This document shows positions 25,601 through 37,800 of a DNA stretch of 64,000 nt, piece by piece. How positions within the stretch are numbered: position 1 is the first letter of the stretch; every line of letters begins with the position of its first letter. The translations under genes were made by a program, and so were the position numbers. Source of the stretch: Hormiphora californensis. Taxonomy: Eukaryota; Animalia; Ctenophora. Where the stretch lies: contig CM035350.1 of NCBI GenBank assembly GCA_020137815.1, positions 8,122,001-8,186,000 of the forward strand. The letters are read 5' to 3'. The notes beneath the pieces are model-generated. The model did no database searches. It was not told the DNA's origin and saw nothing but the letters and a program-made list of their open reading frames with translations.

Positions 25601-28600
25601 GGCGTGTGTAAGTTAAACATATCTTAGTTAATAGATGTGCCCCAAAAGTTAGCAATTTCCAGTAAATATTCATCAGAATAGGTTATGGTTTGGGTTTGTT
25701 ACTCAACACCATCTCACCCCTTACACAATTCAACAAGTTTGGGTAGGGTTTGTCTTGAAAGTCGTGGGATACAATTCATAGTGTATCCTGCTGTATCATA
25801 GATATATTGTACTACATAAATTCTATGTTTAGTTTTACCTGTTGTGTTGAATTCACAAGCGCAGTAGACAGGCTGCTGACCGTGATCATTTCTGTTACAG
25901 TCAATGTCAACCCATTGGTGATTAGCATGGTTATGATGGTCATTCCAAATCTGGACACATCTTTCACTTGCTCCATTAGGTTCCCCATTGCCCCAGTTAT
26001 ACCAGGTCATCGGTGTCTCATCAGGCCAGAACCATAAGACATTGTCCCCTTTTGTGTCGTATAGACCTACAGAGAAAGAAGTATCGGCTATATCAACTCG
26101 ACAATTCAGGCACCATACTACAGGTGATGCAAAGACAGTGGGACACCCTGTAGTTCACGGCTGTCAGGCCAATGCTCTGACCACAGTTTTCGCGCGCTCC
26201 GAAATGAGAATAGGGTCAGGCCAATGCTCGGGTAGGTTCACGGTTGTGCAATGTACAGCCCGGTGCGGCTACGTGAAGCCGGGTAGCGTTCAGCGCGAAG
26301 ACACATGGTCGTGTTATAGTAATAATGTGCCAAGTAATAATCATGTTTGGCAAGTTTCAAAAGCACAAACCTATCCATGTGAGCTCCACCTCATAGTGAT
26401 CCATCTGCCACACCAGCTGGGTATTTTCCGCCATGTTCAGTATTATCGGTAGACGACCACCTTTCTCTGAACAGAACGTTGTACACTCCTGCTGTGTACC
26501 CGTCTTTTTAGGAAACAATACAAATAGTTTCCTGCCTTCTAAAGGTATTACGTTTATTAAAGTTCGATCTAGTATAAAGGCAGCTGTCATAGTATATCTG
26601 CACCGGGCCAAAGGTGAGGCTCTGGCTACGTGAGGACATCGTGCAGCGTGCATTACAGTCAGTGCCCGACAAGTCTCTACTCACTATTAGATATTTCAGT
26701 CGTGTTGTTACAATCGGGTGTATCAGGTTCTTCTCCACATCTAACTATCTGCTCCTTCCATTTCCCTTCACAGTATAGGAATAGTGAGTCACCAGGGCTG
26801 ACCTCGCCTGACTCGCTAGGCTCGTATGAGAAGGGAATGGAGCTATTTCCGATTGAACAAGATTCTGAAGAGTTAGGCCAATAATTGATAAATAAAAGAC
26901 GTTATCGAACGATAAACTTAGGGTTACATGTACCATTGTAAAATTTTGAGATATAATATAATTCTTTAAGTAGCACTGCTTGTACAACTTATAACACCCC
27001 CCAGTGTTATAAGTTTTCACTTATAACACCCCCCAGTGTTATAAGTTTTCACTTATAACACCCCCCCAGTGATACATGAAAACTTATAACACTGCTGCAC
27101 TTAGAAGTCCTTACTCCACTGTTTCTGTCACACTTAAAAACCGTTGGAAAGATAAGCGTGTACGAACTCCCTCTCTCTCTTTCTTTATGTCACACTCTCA
27201 AGCCGTTGCAACACCGAGATCAAGATAACAGTCACGAACTCCCAGACCCACACATTCTTTATCTCTCTCTCACTCTCGCTATTCTCTCACTCTCTTTACC
27301 TATAGATCTCAGGCGTTATCTTATCTCTGCCTGCTACCTTATCATGAATTCGTTCTATTGTTACGCCCTAAACTGTCTCTCACTCTTGTTTTAAAAATTT
27401 TACAATGCAATTTTATTATGCCTATTTTCGTTGTACCTGACGTCAACAATAATGTCCCAGATTCTTACACTTTTAGACCTCGCAGGCTCGGTCAAAAAGT
27501 AAAACTACATCACTCGCAGGCTCGTGAGGTAGTTACACTTAGTGGCACTCGCAGGCTCGTGCACTAAAGTACAAGAATCTGCCTCGACCTGTGGTCTCGG
27601 ATCATTATTGTTGTACTTATAACACTCGACCTTCGGTCTCGTGTTATAAGTTTTCAGGTACAACTTATAGGCATAATAAAATCCTACATTATAGGTACAC
27701 TGTACAGTTACACAATACACTAATATATTAGCAGTTTATGATCATTTCGTACTTACCACTGGTACTAGAAGTAGGTACAATACCAGCGCCAACAATAACC
27801 AATAGTTTCAAAAGTAGGTAAATCATACCGTGACAACAAACAACTTGATAGATACTTGAGAGTAAAACAATTATAGAAGTTATAGGTTGAAACTTTTTAT
27901 AAGAGAGCTGATACGATCAGTTTGAAGTTTATTGTTTGAGTCGCCTGACACTGTCGCCGTGCTCCGCAGAAAAGATAGTATGAACAATTCAACTTATTGT
28001 AGTCTCCCTTAGCAACAAGAAACTAAAGCATTGTCCACGTGTGTGTTAACTTTTCAAGTTTAGAGGGCGGAAATTGTTCGACTGACGTACACGTGTGTTA
28101 GCAACTACAATTCCATTAAACGGACACACTGTTGTTTTAATTTCCCTCCAGATCCAGTGGAACTGTTGATCCACAGCTGATGATTTGGCGCGATACGTAC
28201 AGGATATTGCGCGAAGTGCCCAACCATGTGATGTAATTGGGCTCGTGCCCATCTTCAGAGTGTCTGGTACACAGCACGAGCCCAATTACATCACATGTTT
28301 ACTAAAAAGACACTCAGCGTGGTAACTCGAAGTTACCCCTTCCTTGCCGGCACGCGAAACACGACATATACGAGGGGTAATGACGTGTTACACGTTGTCC
28401 CCCACAGTGGGATCATATGGGTTTCGATGATCTGATCTAGCGCAAGCTAGAACTAGAAGTATACAGCTAACAATCACCCAACTTTTAGTATTAATAGACA
28501 GTTTCTGAATTTCTGAATTACTGAATTAATTGAATAGTTTATAAAGGCCAATGGGATCTTGTTGATCTTGTTGTCTGGCGTTGGTGACATATAGACACCT

Positions 28601-31600
28601 GGCGCGACCCCCGTGTGTGAGCTCAATGTTGGTCGCGCACGGTGTTTATATGTCACCAATGTCTGGCGGTGCCAGACATCAATATGCGATGGGGTCCGTG
28701 GCGCCAGACAGGGTAAATCAACCTGTCTAGCGCCGCGGACCCCATCTTAGCGTGTTGTCAAGAATCAGATTAATGTCTGGCACCGTTGATTGCCATCGGG
28801 AGAAATATTAATTATTAGAAGGAGTTACAACCATATATATTCACTATCTAACACCCTGATCCCCCTCCCATTCCAGGTCGTATGTCTGGATCTTCCATTG
28901 CAAAGCACTCACGGACCCCCTCCCGCTCCTCTCAAGACATGACTCTCATCCAAACATTCAGCTCAGGTAACAGTATGACAAAACCAAATTTGTACCCTGT
29001 AAACCAATTGAGCCGAAAAGTATATTACCAATACTTCCCCCTCCTCTGTTATAGTCCCAGCATCTTGACTACTTATTTCTTGCTTCTATTCGTGGTTCCC
29101 AATTCCTCACCCCCCCTCCTCTGTTATAGACCCAGCATCTTGGCTACCTATTTCTTAAGGGTACACCTCGGCAAAATTTTTGTCGAGTGCCCGCTTAGCT
29201 CTCCATATGGGGTTGTAGGGCATACCAAGCCGACCTCAAATATGCAATTTTAGCCCTTAACTCGAATTCATATTTTTGCTACAGCCCCTCAAAGTTTGAC
29301 CCTAAAAACCGGTTTTTAAGGTCCCTAAATTTTATTTTTAGGGCTAGAAAGCTGAAAATTTAGGGATTCATAGAGGATACCAAGGTGTATAGCTCAAACA
29401 AAAATTTTTTGAAATGGAGCTCAATTTTTTGTCTGAGACTATTTTACTTTTTTTGACTTTGAGGCCATATTTGGACATGTTCCTATGGACCGTTAAGGCT
29501 AAAAATTGGATATTTGGTGCTCCTAACAATTGTCAAAGTAGCCACAAATTTTCAGGAGGTCCGAATTTGAAATGTAGCCTACAGGTTTCTTTTTGTAAAG
29601 CACATATTTTAGGAAAACTTAAAATAGCTATATCTCAAAAACAGTAGGTCCTAGCGATCTAATTTCGTGCTAAATCGATTCAGCGGGTCCGATTTTGGGG
29701 GGGTCGTCTCTTAGACATTTTGCTCTAAGTCTAACCGTTTTTTCAGAAATCGTATTTTAAGATTTGAACATGTTTAGCAGAAATAGGTAAGATTAGCTCT
29801 AGCTAGAAGCATTTCTGCTAAACATGTACAAACCTTAAAATACGATTTCTGAAAAAACGGTTAGACTTAGAGCAAAATGTCTAAGAGACGACCCCCCCAA
29901 AATTGGACCCGCTGAATCGATTTAGCACGAAATTAGATCGCTAGGACCTACCGTTTTTGAGATATAGCCATTTTAAGTTTTCCTAAAATATGTGCTTTAC
30001 AAAAAGAAACCTGTAGGCCACATTTCAAATTCGGACCTCCTGAAAATTTGTGGCTACTTTGACAATTGTTAGGAGCACCAAATATCCAATTTTTAGCCTT
30101 AACGGTTCCTAGGAACATGTCCAAATATGGCCTCAAAGTCAAAAAAAGTAAAATAGTCTCAGACAAAAAATTGAGCTCCATTTCAAAAAATTTTTGTTTG
30201 AGCTATACACCTTGGTATCCTCTATGAATCCCTAAATTTTCAGCTTTCTAGCCCTAAAAATAAAATTTAGGGACCTTAAAAACCGGTTTTTAGGGTCAAA
30301 CTTTGAGGGGCTGTAGCAAAAATATGAATTCGAGTTAAGGGCTAAAATTGCATATTTGAGGTCGGCTTGGTATGCCCTACAACCCCATATGGAGAGCTAA
30401 GCGGGCACTCGACAAAAATTTTGCCGAGGTGTACCCTTAACTACCTATTCGTGGTTCCCAATTCATCACCCCCCCTCCTCCTCCTCTGTAGACGCAGTTC
30501 AGTGTACGGTACCTGGTGTTGAGGGTGGTAGTACCAGTGAAACAGGGCAAGTTGATGAGGGGCAGGTAGTAACCATTACCTGTACCTCATCCCACTCCCC
30601 CTCAACTCCTACCATCACATGTACATCATCCGGCACCTTCGATACAACCAACCCTACCTGCAACAAAGGTACCTTGCTACACGCTGTCCGTCCTTACTTA
30701 CTGTACTTCTCTGTGGCCTTTCATCACGATGCATAACCAGTGTTGATGTTCTTTTGAGCGGCATGGTCATTCCTTTCCTTACCCCCAGAAATCCGAGAGT
30801 TATAAACCCTGTATGATCTTTTTAGCACACGTGCTAAAAAGTTCATCCGATTATCTTGGCTACCTATTCGTGGTTCCCAATTCATCACCCCCCCCCCCCT
30901 CCTCTGTAGACGCAGTTCAGTGTACGGTACCTGGTGTCGTGGGTGGTAGTACCAGTGAAACAGGGCAAGTTGATGAGGGGCAGGTAGTAACCATTACCTG
31001 TACCTCATCCCACTCCCCCTCAACTCCTACCATCACATGTACATCATCCGGCACCTTCGATACAACCAACCCTACCTGCAACAAAGGTACCTTGCTACAC
31101 GCTGTCCGTCCTTACTTACTGTACTTCTCTGTGGCCTTTCATCACGATGCATGGCCAGTGTTTTTTGAGCGGCGTGGTCATTCCTTTCCTTATCCCCCAG
31201 AAGTCCGAGATTTCTAAACCCTGTATGATCTTTTTAGCACACGTGCTAAAACGATCATATCCGATTATCTTGGCTACCTATTCGTGGTTCCCAATTCATC
31301 ACCCCCCCCCCCCTTCCTCTGTTATAGACCCAGCATCTTGACTACTTATTTCTTAACTACCTATTCGTGGTTCCCAATTCATCACCCCCCTCCTCTGTTA
31401 TAGACGCAGCATCTTGGCTACCTATTTCTTGCTTCTATTCGTGGTTCCCAATTCATCACCCCCCCCCTCCTCTGTAGACGCAGTTCAGTGTACGGTACCT
31501 GGTGTTGTGGGTGGTAGTACCAGTGAAACAGGGCAAGTTGATGAGGGGCAGGTAGTAACCATTACCTGCACCTCATCCCACTCCCCCTCAACTCCTACCA

Positions 31601-34600
31601 TCACATGTACCTCATCCGGCACCTTCGATACAACCAACCCTACCTGCAACAAAGGTACCTTGCTACACGCTGTCTGACCTTAATTACTGTACTTCTCTGT
31701 GGCCTTTCATCACAGTGCATGACCAGTGTTCTTTTGGGCGGCATGGTCATTCCTTTCCTTATCCCCCAGTAATCCTAGATTTCTAAACCCTGTATGATCT
31801 TTTTAGCACACGTGTTAAAACGATCATATCTGAACTAGATTCGGCCCTTACGTCCTTAGTACGGCAGTACGCCCTAACTAATCATTTTGGCTACCTATTC
31901 GTGGTTCCCAATTCACCCCCCCTCCTCTGTAGACGCAGTTCAGTGTACGGTACCTGGTGTCGTGGGTGGTAGTACCAGTGAAACAGGGCAAGTTGATGAG
32001 GGGCAGGTAGTAACCATTACATGTACCTCATCCCACTCCCCCTCAACTCCTACCATCACATGTACCTCATCCGGCACCTTCGATACAACCAACCCTACCT
32101 GCAACAAAGGTACCTTGCTACACGCTGTCCGTCCTTACTTACTGTACTTCTCTGTGGCCTTTCATCACGATGCATAACCAGTGTTCTTTTGAGCGACATG
32201 GTCATTCCTTTCCTTACCCCCCAGAAATCCGAGATTTCTAAACCCTGTACTATGATCTATTCAGCACACGTGCTAAAACGATCATCCGATTATCTTGGCT
32301 ACCTAATACCTATTCGTGGTTCCCAATTCATCACCCCCCCCCTCCTCTGTAGACGCAGTTCAGTGTACGGTACCTGGTGTTGAGGGTGGTAGTACCAGTG
32401 AAACAGGGCAAGTTGGTGAGGGGCAGGTAGTAACCATTACCTGTACCTCATCGCACTCCCCCTCAACTCCTACCATCACATGTACATCATCCGGCACCTT
32501 CGATACAACCAACCCTACCTGCAACAAAGGTACCTTGCTACACGCGGTAGCGAAGTTACCCCTCCCTTGTCAGCACGCGAGGGGTTATTTCGTTACCAAC
32601 TGCTATACACGCTGTCAGTCCTTGCTGCTGTACTGTTTTGTTTGTTTTGTTTAGAATTTAGATCACGTAGTTTTAAGTTTAGAAATTAATTAAAATCAAC
32701 AAAACATAAAGTTATAGCCGCTCTAAAAATAATAGTCACTCATAGTATAATCACCATCTTGATTGTAACAAAATGGGCCTCTTGGATATATCAAATTGTA
32801 TTCAGTTTCACTCGCTCGGTCTACTATAACATTTTCGTTCTTTCATTATTACTCAGTTTATAAGTCCTTCTCCTTCTCAATCAACAGCCAGGAGAGTCTT
32901 CAGGAGCTCTCGTTTGATCCTCTTCAGCTCCTCAGCCCTGTTCTCCTGAAATAACTTTGCGGAGGAGGGCTGACTCTCAAAGAACCGGTAGAGGTCCTCC
33001 AGGGAGACCTTCTCCTCGGGGGATGTGGAGGGCGGGGTGAGGAGACTGGGAGAGTTGTAGTGGGCCACTTCAGGGGTCCCGGGAGGAGTCAACTGGGGTG
33101 GTGTCAGGTATAGTGGTGGAAGGGAGGGAGGAGGTGTAAACTTGAGGGAGAATTCTGCATTCCATTTGTTGGTATGGTTACCACTTCCAGAAACCCCTGT
33201 TATTTGGAGGGAGTAACTGGGCGTTGCAAACTGCACACCATGATACGAGGGTGCAGGAACTCGACTTGTTGGGACAACTGAGGGTGGTGGTGTGCCTCTC
33301 ACAGGTACCTCTGAGGGTGCAGGTGATCTCCTTATCACACTAGGGGCATGCACTAAGGATGGCGATCTCTTCACGGGTATCTCAGAGGGGCTGATATCAG
33401 GGTGGCAGGAGGCGTAGTGTTTCTTCTTGCTGCTAACGTGACTGAAACTCTTCTCGCACAGTTCACAGGGGTACGGTTTCTCTCCAGTATGAGTCCTCAT
33501 GTGTTGCTTGAGGTTGCTAGATACACTGAACGCCCTGCCACAACCCTCGTAACTGCACTTGTAAGGTTTGTATCCCGTGTGTATCCGGTAGTGCCGCTTC
33601 AAGTTCGCCTGGTCAGCAAAGGAACGGCAACACACCTTGCAAATGTGGGGTCTCTCCCCCGTGTGGGTCCTCTGATGGGTCTTCAGGTGATCACTCTTGT
33701 TGAATGTCCTCTGACAACCCTCATAAGGACAGATGTAGCGGCGAGGGGGCTGTTGCAGGGATGGTTCGGAGTGGAGTCGTGCCCGTTTAGAGGGGGGAGG
33801 TTGGGAGGAGAACATAGTGGTGTATTGAAACAAACAACTGTAAAGGGGGAAGTATTGTGCTGCTGGTGTGTACCCTGCTCTTATGTACTGGACGGATCTT
33901 GAGGCCACTCGGAAGTTACAACTTCGTCATGGTCTCCAAGCTCCAGAGTTCAAGACTAGGCATCCCATTATTAGGGGTGATCTGACCACCCGCCTGGCGA
34001 TACATGAGCTTGTTACGAGATCTTTACTGTATCTAGCTACATATCATGGTGTGTGTTACAAGGTCAGATCTAATCAGGTATAGCTCGAGATGTGATGACG
34101 TGAACCAGACATGTGGGACGTGATGGGATATGATCGTCATAAGTGGATTGCAGTCTGGGATCAGAGACACATTGAGCGGTAGAATCTTGTTATTCTGTCC
34201 CTACAGCTCATGTCTCGTCTACTGCAGCTTTCCCGTCTACCGCTATCTATATTTCTTGCTTACATTGGTCTCACGTATCATGGCGGCTGATTATTGGTTG
34301 TTATAGATGCATTTTAAAATGCAGTATGAGCCGTAACTCAAACTGTAATCTGAAGATTTTTCACTGAAGAAAAAACAAGACATTGGTCTTGAAATTACCC
34401 TGACCCAACATGCACTTTCAAACTCTTCATCACTCCATCACTTGATAGGGCCATAGCCAGGGGCCGGGGTTGACATGTTCCCAAGAAGGCCCGGTGTGAG
34501 CTGTCAGGCCCGGTGTGAGCTGTCAGGCCAATGCTCTGACCACAGTTCTCGCGCGAGAGAAACGAGAATGGGTCAGGCCAATGCTCTGACAGGGTGTGAG

Positions 34601-34822
34601 CCTATGCGAGCCCGAAAATAGACAGGGTAGCATGGCCTCTTGTTGAACCCCCCCCCCACCGCTTCTAGTTGGTGAACTTGATGCTACTATTCCCTTTACT
34701 TCTTTTACTAAAACACTGATTGCAATCCCTCCTCCCCTCACTTTTCCATACACTGTTTGTACCACGTGACGCAGGACACTTCCTCACACATACCTGTAAT
34801 GGGGGGGGAGGGCCGGGAGGGT

Positions 34823-34860
<38 letters not shown>

Positions 34861-37800
34861 CTGCCCCTCTTCCCAATCTCACACTGAAATCTTACACTTT
34901 TCAAAATCCCTTTATATCTGAAGTGTTGACAATATGGTGGTACTGAGCACCTGCGTCTCCTTCGGGTCTTTCATATAGATATTATAATAACACGGTGCCG
35001 ACAGTAGCTGGCTGCTTAGTGGCAAGACCGTAGTCCTACCAAACCAAACCAAACCAGAGAGAAAGAGAGAGTGAGAGAGGAAAAAGATAGACATAGAGAG
35101 AGAGATCTTAATGTGACTTGTAGGATGTTTCGTTTCCCATCCCTTCTCTACTGCAGTAGAGAAGGGATGGGTAAGGATCTAGAACTTCCTAGGACTTGTC
35201 ACAGAGAATTACAGAGCTGTCATGTCTCAAACTGCAGTCCCTGGCTTGTATAACAACAAGTGCACCAGTAGATAACATCTCAATATCCATCTCTATATCC
35301 ACCCACCCCCAGATGATAATGTAGAGGAGGGAGTGTGTGCTGGAGTGGATGGTTGCTATAGCAACCCAAGCGGTTGTACCAGTGCTACATGTGATATCAC
35401 AGTTCAATGGTGGCAGGGTGATAACTTTACCCAGGTGAGAGCTGTTACACGCTTGTAACAACAACAATTCATCAAATGATGTCGAGTTGTCTGTTGTCTG
35501 ACAGCGCTGCAGACTCCGTTTGCGACAGTGTGCTCAGATCGGGTCGGTGCAGCTCAGTGGAGTCATATCCATGAATTACTACTGGGATACCATGAAATAC
35601 TGTCAGGCCAATGCTCTGACCACAGTTCTCGCGCGCGAGAATGGGTCAGGCCAATGCTCTGACAGATGAAATAGTACTAGAAATAGTTGGGTACCACTAT
35701 TTTATTACCCCACTGTTATAACAGGTATCACTAAGTGGGAAATTATCCACATTCTCCATGTCTGCCTCGGACAACGACATCTGGCTAGGATTCGGGCTGT
35801 CAGAGCTTGGGACCATGAAAGATTCAGATATGTACCTGTGCTCAAAGGTGGACGACCAGTATACTGCTATCCATATCATGGGATTCTCCCATGGACTCAT
35901 TCAGTAAGTTAGCCTGTGTTTTAACTGCAGCTGTCATCAAATTGTGACAATTGTGACACGCCATGAAGAGCTTGTTACTCAACAACCAAGAGCAGAGACC
36001 AGATTGTTGGGAGATTGGGCCAGGATAATCACTCCCTTTCACTACTCCTTCACCCTATATTCAGGTCGAGTAGTACCCAGCTAGAAGATGATGTATCAGG
36101 ATCCCTGGTTGACGGGGTAATGACTTGTAACACGACCATCCCCAACTCTGCCATCCCCTCCGGTCCTCTATACATCATGGCGGGAATGGGTGAGTAGTAG
36201 GGTGTGTGTGTGTGTCGTGTACCTCCCGTACTTCCACCCACTTGCTGTCGTTGGGGAGCAGCGTTCCCTAGATTTCACAGTTCTCTCCTCAGGTCACCAA
36301 CACACATGGCTGCCCAGAGCGCCGTGCTCGATCTCCCGGTCAGGCCCCACTAAGGTAGCGCCGGGTTTCCCCGGTACCCCCTAGTAGTGCCCTTCCATTG
36401 GAAGACACAAGTCGACAGACGAGAACTGTTTCGATAAAGAGCATGAAGGTCACCACCAACAGCGGGCGCACTAGTACTACTGTACCAGTCTTACGGTACT
36501 GGGTTTCCCCAGAATAGGTTAAATCGCCGAACGATAGTGCGCGTTCATCTTCACCACGATGAGGCACCATTTGTGCACTACCACCTGCCTGTTTCCAGGC
36601 GTGTACCTCTGATCGGGGTACAGTAGTAGGGTTCGGTCCATCGAGTCGTCATAGCAGCTATGATCGAGTCGACCCAGGTGGCGCTGTTCTTTCTGTTTTG
36701 CCAATCTAGCTGTGGGGGGCCAGTCCAAAGGCTAGTGACTTGGTTTGTATTGCGCTTTTGCTAGTTGCGGATTTGCTTCTGCCGTGATGGTTTCAACAGA
36801 CTCTACCTGATGAGATCAGGACTTTGCCAGTATGCACTTTTAAACTACCATTGGTATAGAGTCGTTTTGGTGGTAGCGTTATATTTTATTTGAATAGACC
36901 GGATTTGGTGACTACATTGGTGAGTTTCCTTAGTTCTAGTGGCTCGTCTTCATTGTATATGTTTTCTTTGATGTTTTGGTACTCTTGTGTGTGTCTGAGG
37001 TGGTCAAGGTCAGGACAGTTTAGTAGTTTGTGTTTGGAGTTTTCTCTTGCCCCGCATAACTCACAGTTGGGTTTTATGGAAGGGTCTCTGTGGGAGAGGG
37101 CACTTCCCAGGCCAGGTTGTTCTGGCCCGATATGGCTAGTTTTTATCGGGAAAACATTTAGAACTGGTATACAAACAATATAAATAAAACGTTAAATATC
37201 ATCGTCCACGGGCTCCACCAACGCAGCTTAGCCACAATTACAGGTGGCACCCAAAACGCTCTTACTCATAATAATTCTTACTAAAAATAGAAGCTAAAAT
37301 TAGACACACGGCTAAAGTAAAGTTTTTAGATATCTAAATAGGAAGGTTAGATTTAAATACTAAGCCGAAAAAAGAAAAAAACATATAGGTTCACAAATCA
37401 AATGGATACATCTCACACACTCACACAGTCACACTCACAACACACATACTCACAACACACATACTCACAACACACACAGCACACACAAACAAAATACAAC
37501 AAGTTAATAAGTTACGAGAACAACGACATAAAACTGTCAAGTAAAAGAGAAGCCACTCAAGTAGGAGTAGACAATATCTAGTTAGGGACCTAGTCAAGTA
37601 ATAGATAAATTAGAATACAGTCCAGATACAAGAGTGTTTATAGTTAAGGCCATCTTGCTCAAGCACCACCACACTGCTTTATAAATGTAGAGGGGCTGCT
37701 AGCTAGGAGAAGGGAGGGGAGAAGAAGGTGAATCCACCGCCGATGACCGCTGCTGGAAGAGGGCAACAGATACGCTGAAAAACCACGGTTACGGGAAGGG

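Noticed and set aside
36270-36830. Possible hammerhead ribozyme cores (CTGAGGAG..GAAA on minus near 36290; CTGATGAG on plus near 36808)
   Set aside because: Stems I-III and the cleavage triplet could not be formed by eye; an Infernal search against Rfam hammerhead models would settle it.
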